Source of the DNA: an uncultured Acidobacteriota bacterium
Lineage (GTDB): Bacteria; Acidobacteriota; Thermoanaerobaculia; UBA5066; Gp7-AA6
Assembly: GCA_963810205.1 (NCBI GenBank)
Contig: CAWEMP010000016.1
Span: 12,001 to 76,000, forward strand
DNA length: 64,000 nucleotides
Direction of reading: 5' to 3'
The position numbers and the translations under genes are program-made. Below the pieces are notes generated by a model that did not search any database, was not told the origin of the DNA, and saw only the letters and a program-made list of their open reading frames with translations. Below, piece after piece: positions 49,301 through 57,769 of this stretch (its first letter is position 1; each line of letters starts with the position of its first letter).

Positions 49301-50654
49301 TAACCTGCTTTTTCTTCAATCGGATGGATGCCGCCAGGGCGGCTGCGGTGGCTCCCGCGAGCTCCCGGACGTAGGTCAGGTCGGCCGGGGTCGCCCCCTG
49401 GGGTTCCCGGCACTCCGCATAGAAAAAGGCGACCGTCTTGTCCCTCATCAGGACGGGCTGGACGAGGCACTCGGCCGGCCAGCCCCCGATGGCCGTCGCC
49501 AATGCCTCGTGGCGGGCCAGCGGCGGCAGGGCGCCGAGATAAAAGGACCGGCTCATCCGGACGTTCAAGAAGATGGAGGGCTCGGTCCACGGGAGGTCGA
49601 GCCGACGCAGAGCCTCCACATCGACACCCTCGCCGGCTCCCGACCAACCCCCGACGCCGTCGGGGCGGACGACGAAGATCGCGCTCCGCCGAAAGCGGCG
49701 GACGAGCGCCGACAGGGCGGCCGCGAAGATCTCATCCCGCCCGCGGGCGGCGAGGATCCCGGCAAAATCCTCGGTTGCGGGCATGCCGGCCCCAGTCATG
49801 GCGCCCGCCACGGACGGAGAGGGCGCGTCGCGCGTCTGGCGCCAGGCGGAGGGCGCTCCGGCCGCGGCCTCGCCGGAGCGCGTTTGGGAGGGGGTCCCCG
49901 CCGGGCGCGCCGTCTCGGGGGCCGGGCGAACACCCGGCGCGGCCGGCCAGGTTCCCGTCGGCGGAGTCTCCTCCCATGGGATCGACTCCGGAGGCTCGTC
50001 GAGGTCCTCCGGCGGGGGCGGCAGGCCTCCCCATCCCACCGGAGGGACGTCCGGGACCCGCCACGCGGCGAGCAACGTCGGCTCGTCGGGGTCTCCCGGG
50101 GCGAGGCCCGGAGGCAACTCTCTGGCGGCCGAGGAGAAATCCGGCGGCGGCGGCAGAGGCTTCTGGATGACCGACGGGGCCATGGGCCGCGACAATTTCT
50201 CCGCCAGAATCGCAAAACGCGGCGTGCGACGCTCGCCGTAGTACTTCTCGAGCGCATGGTAGAGCCGCACTTCGGGTGCGACGGCCGGGACGATCTTCTT
50301 GCCGGTCACGAAAAAGAGCTCGTCGAGGACTCGCAGGTTCGCGGGATCCCGGAGCGCAATGCGGATGAGCCCCTCGCCGAGGCCGATCGGCACCGCGGAG
50401 TGCCGGATCGCAAACTTCGCCGGCAGGGCCGCGATGACGGTCGCGGGAACCGTGCCGAGGACCGCCCAGGGCGCGTACTCGCAGCCGTGTTGTTCGGCCA
50501 GGGCGCGCCCGATGTCGTCTTCCGAGGCCGAACCGCGTTCGATCAGAAGCGTGCCGAGCCGGCCCCCCGCGAATCCCTGGACGGCGAGGGCGCGGTTCAC
50601 GCTCTCCTCGGTGACGGCGCCGGACCGCAGGAGGAGAACTCCGAGTCGAGGCAT
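49296..50654 (-). CDS. MshEN/T2SSE_N-domain protein with Pro-rich linker and conserved uncharacterised C-terminal domain (paralogue 1)
   Basis: Tandem motifs RLGVLLLRSGAVTEESVNRALAVQ-GFAGG-RLGTLLIERGSASEDDIGRALAEQ, a roughly 150-aa Pro-rich linker, and a C-terminal domain paralogous to 47677..48981. Confidence 0.65.
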   Translation of the reverse strand: MPRLGVLLLRSGAVTEESVNRALAVQGFAGGRLGTLLIERGSASEDDIGRALAEQHGCEYAPWAVLGTVPATVIAALPAKFAIRHSAVPIGLGEGLIRIALRDPANLRVLDELFFVTGKKIVPAVAPEVRLYHALEKYYGERRTPRFAILAEKLSRPMAPSVIQKPLPPPPDFSSAARELPPGLAPGDPDEPTLLAAWRVPDVPPVGWGGLPPPPEDLDEPPESIPWEETPPTGTWPAAPGVRPAPETARPAGTPSQTRSGEAAAGAPSAWRQTRDAPSPSVAGAMTGAGMPATEDFAGILAARGRDEIFAAALSALVRRFRRSAIFVVRPDGVGGWSGAGEGVDVEALRRLDLPWTEPSIFLNVRMSRSFYLGALPPLARHEALATAIGGWPAECLVQPVLMRDKTVAFFYAECREPQGATPADLTYVRELAGATAAALAASIRLKKKQVI

Positions 50655-50810
50655 CGCAGCGTCGATTATCCCGTAGCGCGGATGGAATCGGACGTGTCGA
50701 CGAGGGGACAGGGCGAACGCACGCGACCTCCCGCGCGGACAATCCGCGCGACCGCCCGGAGCATATCGCCGGGGGGCGCCCGTGACGCGCGACACACGCG
50801 GCCGGCGTGC

Positions 50811-50816
50811 TACATT
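50811..50816 (+). promoter_or_regulatory. -10-like TACATT 6 nt upstream of GTG 50823 (TPR gene)
   Basis: Reads GTGCTACATTCCGGGGGTG, with no SD. It is divergent from GATAAT (50665-50670, minus strand), which lies 10 nt upstream of ATG 50654. Confidence 0.4.
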
Positions 50817-50822
50817 CCGGGG

Positions 50823-52724
50823 GTGAAGCGCAGCGCGATTCTCCTCGCCGCCGTCCTCCTCGCGGCTCGGGCCGCCGCGGCCGAAGGCGACCTCGCGGCC
50901 AGCCGGAAAGCCTTTCTCGCCGCCCGCGCGGCCGTCTCCGACGGCCGCTATCAGGAGGCCCTCGGTCTCTACCGCAAGGTGCTCGAGCAGGTGCCGGACG
51001 ACGCGGTCGTGCACCTCGAATACGCCCAGCTGCTCCGCGACCTCAACGTGCCCGCCGAAGCAGAGAAGCAGGCACGGGAGGCCGTCCGGCTCGACCCGGC
51101 CCTCGCCGAGGCCCAGCGGCTGCTCGGCAACCTGGACCTTTCGGCCGCCGAGAAGGACCCGTCGCGGCTCGGGCCGGCGATCGAGCACCTCTCCGCCGCG
51201 CGCCGCCTCGCGCCGGCGGACATCGGCACCGCCGTGAGCCTGGCGCGCGCGTTGCTCGCGGCCGATCGCGCCGCCGAGGCGGCGGTCGTGCTCGACGATC
51301 TTCCCGAGCTCGGCAATCAGCCGATGATTCAGCGACTGACCGCGGAGGCGAAGGCCAAGGCCGGCCGTCTGCGCGAGGCCGAGACGATCTACCGCGCGCT
51401 CTACGAGGCCGACCCCGGGGACCGCGAAATCGCGGCCGCGCTCATCGACCTCTACGAGGACCAGGACCGGCTGGACCGCTCGCTCGAGGTCCTGCGGGCG
51501 CTCGAGCATCGCGACCCGTCCAACTCCGCGATCAGCGAGAGGATCGTTCTCGATCTGGCCCGGGCCGGACGTTTCGCCGAATCGGAGGCCGCCGCCCGCG
51601 ACCTCGTCGCGAAGCGCCCCGAGAACCGCGCCGGCCGGCGCCTGCTCGCGACGGTGCTCTTCGAGCGGGGAAGCACCGAGGAGGGCGAGAAAATCCTCCG
51701 GGCCATGATCGAAGCGGACCCCGAAGAGCCGATGAGCCGCCGGGCCCTGGCCGCCGAGATGACGCGCGAGCGGCGGTTCGCGGAGGCGCGCGCGATGTAC
51801 GAAGAGATGATCCGGCGGTCCGGCGCCGATCCGCGTCTGGCGGAGGGAAAGGCCGGAGCCGAGATCGAGCTCGGCTTCATCGCATACCTCCAGAAGGACT
51901 GGGCCGCGGCGCGCGGGATCCTCGGACCGCTTTCGCTCCAGGACGGCGTCGTCCATCCTCGCGCGGCCCGCATCCTGCTCGCGACCGACCGCGACGGAGA
52001 GTTCCTTGCCGACGGCCTCGAGCGGGCGCGCGCCTTCGCGGCCGCCGACCCCAAGGATCCCGACTGGGCCGCGACGGCGGCGGAATTCGAGTTCCGAACC
52101 GGGGCCGAGAAGGCGGCCGAGGAAAAGCTCGATGCCCTGGCGGCCACGGGAGACCTGGAGAGCATGATGGCGGTCGCCGACGCGTACGCCCGCCTGAAGC
52201 GCTTCGGCGCCGCGGTCCGCGTCGCCCGCTCCGCCACCGAAAAGTTCCCCGAGAGCTCCGAGGCGCTCTTCCGGCTCGGCTCGAGCCTGGAACGCGCCGG
52301 CACTTCGAGCGAGGCCGAGACGGTCTTCCTCAAGCTCCTGGAGGAACGCCCCAACGACGCGGCCACGCAGAACTACCTCGGTTACATGTGGGCCGACCGC
52401 GGCGTGCAGCTCGACCGAGCTCGCGAGATGCTCGAGAAGGCCGTCGCCCGCGAGCCCCGCAACGCCGCGTACCTCGACTCGCTCGGCTGGGCGTACTTCC
52501 GACTCGGCCGGATGGAAGCGGCCGAGAAGAACCTGCGCGAGGCGGCCCGCCGCGAGCCGACCGATCCCACGATCCTGGAGCACCTCGGCGACCTCGAGAT
52601 GAAACAGGGCGAGGTCGAGGGCGCGATCCGGAACTGGGAGAAGGCGTTGGAGCTCAAGTCGGAGGAGCCGGGGCGGGTCCAGGAAAAGCTCCGGCGTGCC
52701 CGCACACCCGTTTCCCAGCGTTGA
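50823..52724 (+). CDS. secreted tetratricopeptide-repeat protein
   Basis: Signal peptide (M)KRSAILLAAVLLAARAAAA and many TPR-like helices (for example YLDSLGWAYFRLGRMEAAEKNLREAARREP). Intact about 633 aa from GTG 50823. Confidence 0.8.
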   Translation: MKRSAILLAAVLLAARAAAAEGDLAASRKAFLAARAAVSDGRYQEALGLYRKVLEQVPDDAVVHLEYAQLLRDLNVPAEAEKQAREAVRLDPALAEAQRLLGNLDLSAAEKDPSRLGPAIEHLSAARRLAPADIGTAVSLARALLAADRAAEAAVVLDDLPELGNQPMIQRLTAEAKAKAGRLREAETIYRALYEADPGDREIAAALIDLYEDQDRLDRSLEVLRALEHRDPSNSAISERIVLDLARAGRFAESEAAARDLVAKRPENRAGRRLLATVLFERGSTEEGEKILRAMIEADPEEPMSRRALAAEMTRERRFAEARAMYEEMIRRSGADPRLAEGKAGAEIELGFIAYLQKDWAAARGILGPLSLQDGVVHPRAARILLATDRDGEFLADGLERARAFAAADPKDPDWAATAAEFEFRTGAEKAAEEKLDALAATGDLESMMAVADAYARLKRFGAAVRVARSATEKFPESSEALFRLGSSLERAGTSSEAETVFLKLLEERPNDAATQNYLGYMWADRGVQLDRAREMLEKAVAREPRNAAYLDSLGWAYFRLGRMEAAEKNLREAARREPTDPTILEHLGDLEMKQGEVEGAIRNWEKALELKSEEPGRVQEKLRRARTPVSQR

Positions 52725-53392
52725 TCCCGCGCCCGTTCGCCGGTTTCGCCGCCCTCTCTCCTCTCCTCCTGCTCTGCGCGTGCGCCAGCGGCGCGGCGGC
52801 CCGCCGCTTCGCGCCGGCCGACGAGAGCGATGCGCGGGAGACGCTCGAGGCGCTCGCCGCGGTCGAGCGGCGCGCCGCGGACCTGCCCCCATCGCGGCTG
52901 CTCTACGACGCGCGGATGAGCGGCGGCGGAGCGCCGGCGGTCCCGGGCACGCTGGCCGTCACCTACGACGGGAAGCTCGTGCAGCGAGCCTCGCTCACCG
53001 GACCCTTCGGCGCGAAGGTGGCGGAGTACGACGCGGGCACCGTCACCGGCGAAGATCGCCGGGCTCTCGTCGTCGATCCTTCGGCCCTGCGCGCCGTGCT
53101 GGCGGGGGCGTGGCCGGGCCAACCCTCGTCCGTCGAGGGCTGCGACGGCGCTCAGTGCCTCGTGGTCTGGAACACGTCCACGCGCGTGACGGCGACGGTG
53201 GACCGCCGCGAGCAGCGCCTCGAGTCGCTCGTGATCTCGGGCGCGACCGGCGAGCTGACCGTGACCTACTCGGGGACCGCGAGTCCCTGGCCGCCACGCA
53301 TTTCCGCCCGGGAAGCGCCGTCCGGGCGCAGTCTCAAGCTCTCTCTCGTCGCCGTGGAGCCGGCCTCGCCCCTCACGACTTCGGCGCCATGA
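52721..53392 (+). CDS. lipoprotein, probable LolB-like outer-membrane lipoprotein receptor (assigned by position)
   Basis: TTG 52721 overlaps the TPR stop (TTGA). Lipobox LLLLCAC. It sits between a TPR gene and ispE, as lolB does in proteobacterial TPR-lolB-ispE-prs clusters. The sequence alone is not diagnostic. Confidence 0.5.
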   Translation: MIPRPFAGFAALSPLLLLCACASGAAARRFAPADESDARETLEALAAVERRAADLPPSRLLYDARMSGGGAPAVPGTLAVTYDGKLVQRASLTGPFGAKVAEYDAGTVTGEDRRALVVDPSALRAVLAGAWPGQPSSVEGCDGAQCLVVWNTSTRVTATVDRREQRLESLVISGATGELTVTYSGTASPWPPRISAREAPSGRSLKLSLVAVEPASPLTTSAP

Positions 53393-54250
53393 TCCTCTCC
53401 GCGTCCGCGCCCGCCAAGGTCAACCGCGAGCTCCGGGTGGGTCGGATCCGTCCGGACGGGTTTCACGAAATCCACTCGCGCATGGTCTCGATCAGCCTCG
53501 CCGATCGCATCACCGTCGAGACCGCACGAAGCCATCGCGTTCCACAGCGATGATCCGGCAGTTCCCGCCGGGCGGGAGAACCTCGTCGTGCGCGCGGCCG
53601 AGCTTCTCGCCGAGCGGGCCGGAGTTCCGGCGCGCGCCCGGATCGTGCTCGAAAAGCGGGTGCCGATGGGCGGCGGTCTCGGCGGCGGCAGCGCCGACGC
53701 GGCGGTGACGCTGCGGCTGCTCGCGAGGCTGTGGCAGATCGACGCCGACGAGGCGTGGCTCGGCAAGCTCGCCGCCGAGCTCGGCAGCGACGTGCCGTTC
53801 TTCCTGACCGGAGGGGAAGCCGACGTGACCGGGCGCGGAGAGATCGTGACGCCCGTTCCGGACGGCCCGCCGTCGGAGCTGCTCCTTCTCGTTCCACCGT
53901 TCTCGATCTCGACCGCCGGCGTCTATCGCGCCCATGGCGGCCGGTTCGATCTGCCGCGGCGGCTCGAAGTTGCCGCGCCCGGCCGCCGCGGCTATCTCGG
54001 GCCCAACGATCTGGCATCGGCCGTGCTAGAACAGGAGCCCAGGATGCAGGCGTACCTCGAGTCCGCCGCCGGCCTGACGGCCGACTCCGCCATCAGCGGC
54101 TCGGGATCGACGATCGTCCTCCACGGGGCACCCGCCGGCGCCGAGGCGGTGCTCGCCGCCCGGCACCCCGAGGCCCGCATCCTTCGCTGCCGCACGCTCA
54201 CCCGAGACGACTACCAGCGCGAGTCCAACCCCAGGGGAGGTCTTCCATGA
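53389..54250 (+). pseudogene. ispE: 4-diphosphocytidyl-2-C-methyl-D-erythritol kinase, one frameshift as sequenced
   Basis: Shows APAKVNRELRV, then after the break near 53526 NLVVRAAELL and the GHMP motif PMGGGLGGGSADAA. ATGA overlaps at both ends. Confidence 0.85.
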
Positions 54251-54561
54251 ACATCACGCAGGTGAAGGTGTTTCCGGTCGCCGAAGAGAAACTGAAGGCG
54301 TACGTCTCGATCGTGTTCGACGATTGTTTCCTCGTTTCCGACCTCAAAGTCATTCAGGGGCCCAACGGCCTGTTCATCTCGATGCCCTCCAAGCGGAAGA
54401 AGAACGGCGAGTTCAAGGACATCGCTCACCCGCTGAATCGCGAGACGCGCGAGCGAATGGAGAAACGCATCCTCGAGGAGTACGAGAAGGTCAAGGCGGC
54501 GGGCCCGCCTTCCAGCCCCCCGGCGAGGGCCGACGGCGCCGCCCCCGAAACGCAGGCGTAG
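54247..54561 (+). CDS. spoVG: SpoVG family protein
   Basis: MNITQVKVFPVAEEKLKAYVSIVFDDCFLVSDLKVIQGPNGLFISMPSKRKKNGEFKDIAHPLNRETRE. Confidence 0.9.
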   Translation: MNITQVKVFPVAEEKLKAYVSIVFDDCFLVSDLKVIQGPNGLFISMPSKRKKNGEFKDIAHPLNRETRERMEKRILEEYEKVKAAGPPSSPPARADGAAPETQA

Positions 54562-54574
54562 AATCGAGCCACGT

Positions 54575-54650
54575 TGGGGCGTCGCCAAATTGGTAAGGCA
54601 CCGGCCTTTGGAGCCGGCATTTCTAGGTTCGAGTCCTAGCGCCCCAGCCA
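54575..54650 (+). tRNA. tRNA-Gln (anticodon UUG), CCA encoded
   Basis: TGGGGCG...CGCCCCA acceptor and CCGGC-CTTTGGA-GCCGG anticodon arm. Near-identical in layout to E. coli tRNA-Gln as I recall it. Confidence 0.92.
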
Positions 54651-54700
54651 CTCGCATCGACGATCCTCCGTTGACGGTCGACTGGAGACTCCTCTCCACG

Positions 54701-54706
54701 TACAAT
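54701..54706 (+). promoter_or_regulatory. -10-like TACAAT 8 nt upstream of prs TTG 54715
   Basis: Reads CACGTACAATCCCCCCGCTTG, with no SD. Confidence 0.4.
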
Positions 54707-54714
54707 CCCCCCGC

Positions 54715-55674
54715 TTGACCGCACACGCCTTCAACTACGGCGATCTCAAGATCTTCTCCGGCCGCGCGCACCCGGCGCTCGCCCAGGAGATCTGCGCGTA
54801 CCTCGGAATCCCGCTCGGCAAGCTCACCCTCTACAACTTCTCCGACGGCGAGGACTACTGCCAGATCGACGAGAACGTCCGCGGCGCCGACGTATTCGTC
54901 GTCCAGCCCACGTGCTCCCCGGTCAACGACAGCGTGATGGAGCTGCTCATCCTCCTCGATGCCTTCCGGCGCTCGTCGGCATCGCGGATCACCGCCGTGC
55001 TGCCGTATTTCGGGTATGCGCGGCAGGACAAGAAGGACAAGCCCCGCGTGCCGATCGCGGCCAAGCTCATGGCGGACCTTCTCACCGCGGCCGGCGCGGA
55101 CCGGATCCTGACGATGGACCTCCACACCGCGCAGATCCAGGGGTTCTTCAACATTCCGGTGGACCATCTCTTCGCCGCTCCGGTGATCCTCGACGCCATC
55201 CGGAAGCTCGACCTCGAGGACCTCGTCATCGTGTCCCCCGACGTCGGCGGGCTGACCCGGGCGCGCGCGATCGCCAAGCGGCTCGACGCCTCGCTCGCCG
55301 TCATCGACAAGCGGCGGACGGGCAAGAACGAAACCGAGATCCTCAACGTCGTCGGCGAGGTCGAGGGCAAGGACGTCCTCATCCTGGACGACATCGTCGA
55401 CACGGCCGGGACGCTCGTGCAGGCCGAGGCGGCCCTGCGGCAGGGCCGAGCCCGGCGGACCTACGCGGCGGCCGTCCACGGCGTCTTTTCCGGGCCCGCC
55501 ATCGAGCGGATCGAGGGGTCCGGGCTCCAGTCCCTCCTCGTGACGAACACCATACCGGTGGACGCCGCCATGGCTCGCTGCCCCCGGATCCAGGCCCTGT
55601 CGGTGGCCCCCCTCCTGGGGGAGGCCATCCAGCGGATTCACGACGGGGCTTCCGTTTCCTCGCTTTTTGTGTAG
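54715..55674 (+). CDS. prs: ribose-phosphate pyrophosphokinase
   Basis: Shows KIFSGRAHPALAQEI, YFGYARQDKKDKPR, MDLHTAQIQGFF and DDIVDTAGT. TTG start. Confidence 0.93.
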   Translation: MTAHAFNYGDLKIFSGRAHPALAQEICAYLGIPLGKLTLYNFSDGEDYCQIDENVRGADVFVVQPTCSPVNDSVMELLILLDAFRRSSASRITAVLPYFGYARQDKKDKPRVPIAAKLMADLLTAAGADRILTMDLHTAQIQGFFNIPVDHLFAAPVILDAIRKLDLEDLVIVSPDVGGLTRARAIAKRLDASLAVIDKRRTGKNETEILNVVGEVEGKDVLILDDIVDTAGTLVQAEAALRQGRARRTYAAAVHGVFSGPAIERIEGSGLQSLLVTNTIPVDAAMARCPRIQALSVAPLLGEAIQRIHDGASVSSLFV

Positions 55675-55714
55675 AATCCGCCTCTTTGCGCGGACTCCCC
55701 GCGCGGGGTAGGGC

Positions 55715-56428
55715 ATGAAGACCATCGAACTCAACGTCGAGAAGCGCTCGACGACCGGAAAGGGCGAAGCGCGCCGCAGCCGCGCCGGGGGACAGATCCC
55801 GGCGGTCGTCTACGGGGCAGGGAAGCCCAACGTCCCGATTGCCGTGAACCGGAAGGCCCTGGCCGACCTGTTCCGCGAGGGCGCGGGCGAGAACGCGATC
55901 TTCCTCCTGAAGCTGGCGGGTTCCGACCAGAGCCGGCACGCGATGATCAAGGAGCTGCAGCGCGACCCGGTCTCCCGCAAGCCGCTCCACATCGACTTCG
56001 TGCGCGTCCTCATGGACGTGAAGATCACCGTCAAGGTGCCGATCGAAGTGACGGGCGTGGCCAAGGGCGTCAAGGCCGACGGCGGCATCCTCGACGTGGT
56101 CACCCGCGAGATCGAGATCGAGTGTCTCCCCGGCAACATCCCGGCACACCTGGCGGTGGACGTCTCGGAGCTCGCGATCGGCGATGCCATCCGCGTCTCC
56201 GAGATTCCGGCGGTCGAGGGCGTGACCATCGTCGACAACCCCGAGAAGGTCGTCCTGCACGTGGCGCACCCGACCCGCGAGGAAGAGCCCGTCGCGGTGG
56301 CCGAGGGCGCCGCCGAGCTGGCCGAGCCCGAGGTCCTGAAGAAGGGCAAGGCCGTTTCGGAGGAAGAGGGCGCCGAGGACGGCAAGGAAGCCAAGGAAGC
56401 CAAGAAGGAGAAGGAAAAGGAGAAGTAA
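55715..56428 (+). CDS. rplY: 50S ribosomal protein L25 / general stress protein Ctc
   Basis: Shows RAGGQIPAVVYG, LHIDFVRV and a Lys/Glu-rich tail. Confidence 0.9.
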   Translation: MKTIELNVEKRSTTGKGEARRSRAGGQIPAVVYGAGKPNVPIAVNRKALADLFREGAGENAIFLLKLAGSDQSRHAMIKELQRDPVSRKPLHIDFVRVLMDVKITVKVPIEVTGVAKGVKADGGILDVVTREIEIECLPGNIPAHLAVDVSELAIGDAIRVSEIPAVEGVTIVDNPEKVVLHVAHPTREEEPVAVAEGAAELAEPEVLKKGKAVSEEEGAEDGKEAKEAKKEKEKEK

Positions 56429-56431
56429 CTT

Positions 56432-57031
56432 CTGCGCGCGATCGTCGGCCTCGGCAACCCGGGGGACGACTACGAGGCCACGCGGCACAACGCCGGGTTT
56501 CGCGTCGTCGAGAGGCTCGCCGCAGAGGAGGAAATCCGGATCCGGACGCGCGAGTGTTCTTCGCGCGTGGGCCGGGGGAGAGTCGGGCGGGAGATGGTCC
56601 TCCTGGCGCTCCCGCAGACTTTCATGAACGCCTCGGGCGAGGCCGTTCGGGCTCTTTGCCAGAAACACGACGTCGACCCCTCGGACCTGTGCGTGGTCGT
56701 CGACGAGATCGCGCTGCCGCTCGGATCGCTCCGAATGCGGGCGCGCGGCTCGGCCGGCGGGCACAACGGGCTCAAGTCGGTCATCGCCCACCTCGGGACC
56801 ACGGAGTTCCCGCGCCTGCGCGTGGGAGTCCGGGGCGAGAGGTACTCCCGCGAGCGGGACCTCGCGGACTACGTGCTCGAGCCTTTCGCGAAGGCCGAGC
56901 GGGACGAATTCGAGAACAGCGTCGGGCGGGCCGTCGAGGCCCTCCGGACGTGGTTGACGCAAGGAATCGACGCCGCGATGCGGCGAGCGAATCATTCACC
57001 TTCCTCTCCGGACGGCCTCGATCCGGATTGA
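56432..57031 (+). CDS. pth: peptidyl-tRNA hydrolase (apparent CTG start)
   Basis: Shows IVGLGNPG, TRHNAGF, QTFMNASG and GGHNGLKS. The in-frame TAA at 56426-56428 is followed by CTT CTG CGC GCG ATC GTC GGC, so there is no ATG/GTG/TTG before the essential GLGNPG motif. Confidence 0.85.
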   Translation: MRAIVGLGNPGDDYEATRHNAGFRVVERLAAEEEIRIRTRECSSRVGRGRVGREMVLLALPQTFMNASGEAVRALCQKHDVDPSDLCVVVDEIALPLGSLRMRARGSAGGHNGLKSVIAHLGTTEFPRLRVGVRGERYSRERDLADYVLEPFAKAERDEFENSVGRAVEALRTWLTQGIDAAMRRANHSPSSPDGLDPD

Positions 57032-57050
57032 CATCCATGAGGAGGAACGC

Positions 57051-57464
57051 ATGAGGCTGTACGACATCGTCGTCCTGGTCACGCCCGACCTGGCCGACGA
57101 CGACGCGACGAAAGTCGCGGGCGAGTATCGGAAGATCCTGGTCGACGGCGGAGCCACCGTCGTCAAGGAAGAGCCGTGGGGCAAGCGCCGTCTGGCGTTT
57201 CCCATCGGACGCAAGCGCGAGGCCCACTACACGTACTGGCAGGTCCAGTCGGAGCCGGCCGCGGTGGCCGAGGCCGAGCGCCGCATGGGCCTGTCGGACC
57301 AGGTCCTGCGCCACCTCGCGGTGCGCGTCGACGAGGACCTGAAGCGCCAGGCCAAGATGACCGAGCGCCTGCGCAAGAAGGCGATCAAGCGGCCGCCCCG
57401 TCCCCCGGCGCCTCCGGCAGAGGCGGCGGCGTCCGAGCCCGCCGCGGAGAGGAGCGAGTCATGA
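57051..57464 (+). CDS. rpsF: 30S ribosomal protein S6
   Basis: [14 protein letters not shown]...[20 protein letters not shown]. Confidence 0.92.
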   Translation: MRLYDIVVLVTPDLADDDATKVAGEYRKILVDGGATVVKEEPWGKRRLAFPIGRKREAHYTYWQVQSEPAAVAEAERRMGLSDQVLRHLAVRVDEDLKRQAKMTERLRKKAIKRPPRPPAPPAEAAASEPAAERSES

Positions 57465-57760
57465 GGATGGGAGGAGGCTCCGGCCGTTCCGGACCCCGCA
57501 CCGGCCCCGGCGCGCGCGACGCCAAGGGCGGCCCGCGCAAGAAGTTCTTCGTGCGGCGCCGGAAGGTCTGCAAGTTCTGCGCGGAAAAGCTCGAGTACAT
57601 CGACTGGAAGGACATCAAGCTCCTGCAGGGCTTCATCCCCGAGCGGGGGAAGATCCTTCCGCGGCGCATCTCGGGAACCTGCGCGCTCCACCAGCGCAAA
57701 CTGCAGACGGCCATCAAGCGCGCCCGCTCGATCGCCCTCCTGCCGTACGCAACGGATTAG
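57461..57760 (+). CDS. rpsR: 30S ribosomal protein S18
   Basis: Shows [49 protein letters not shown] overlap with rpsF. Confidence 0.92.
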   Translation: MRMGGGSGRSGPRTGPGARDAKGGPRKKFFVRRRKVCKFCAEKLEYIDWKDIKLLQGFIPERGKILPRRISGTCALHQRKLQTAIKRARSIALLPYATD

Positions 57761-57769
57761 CGGGAGGGG

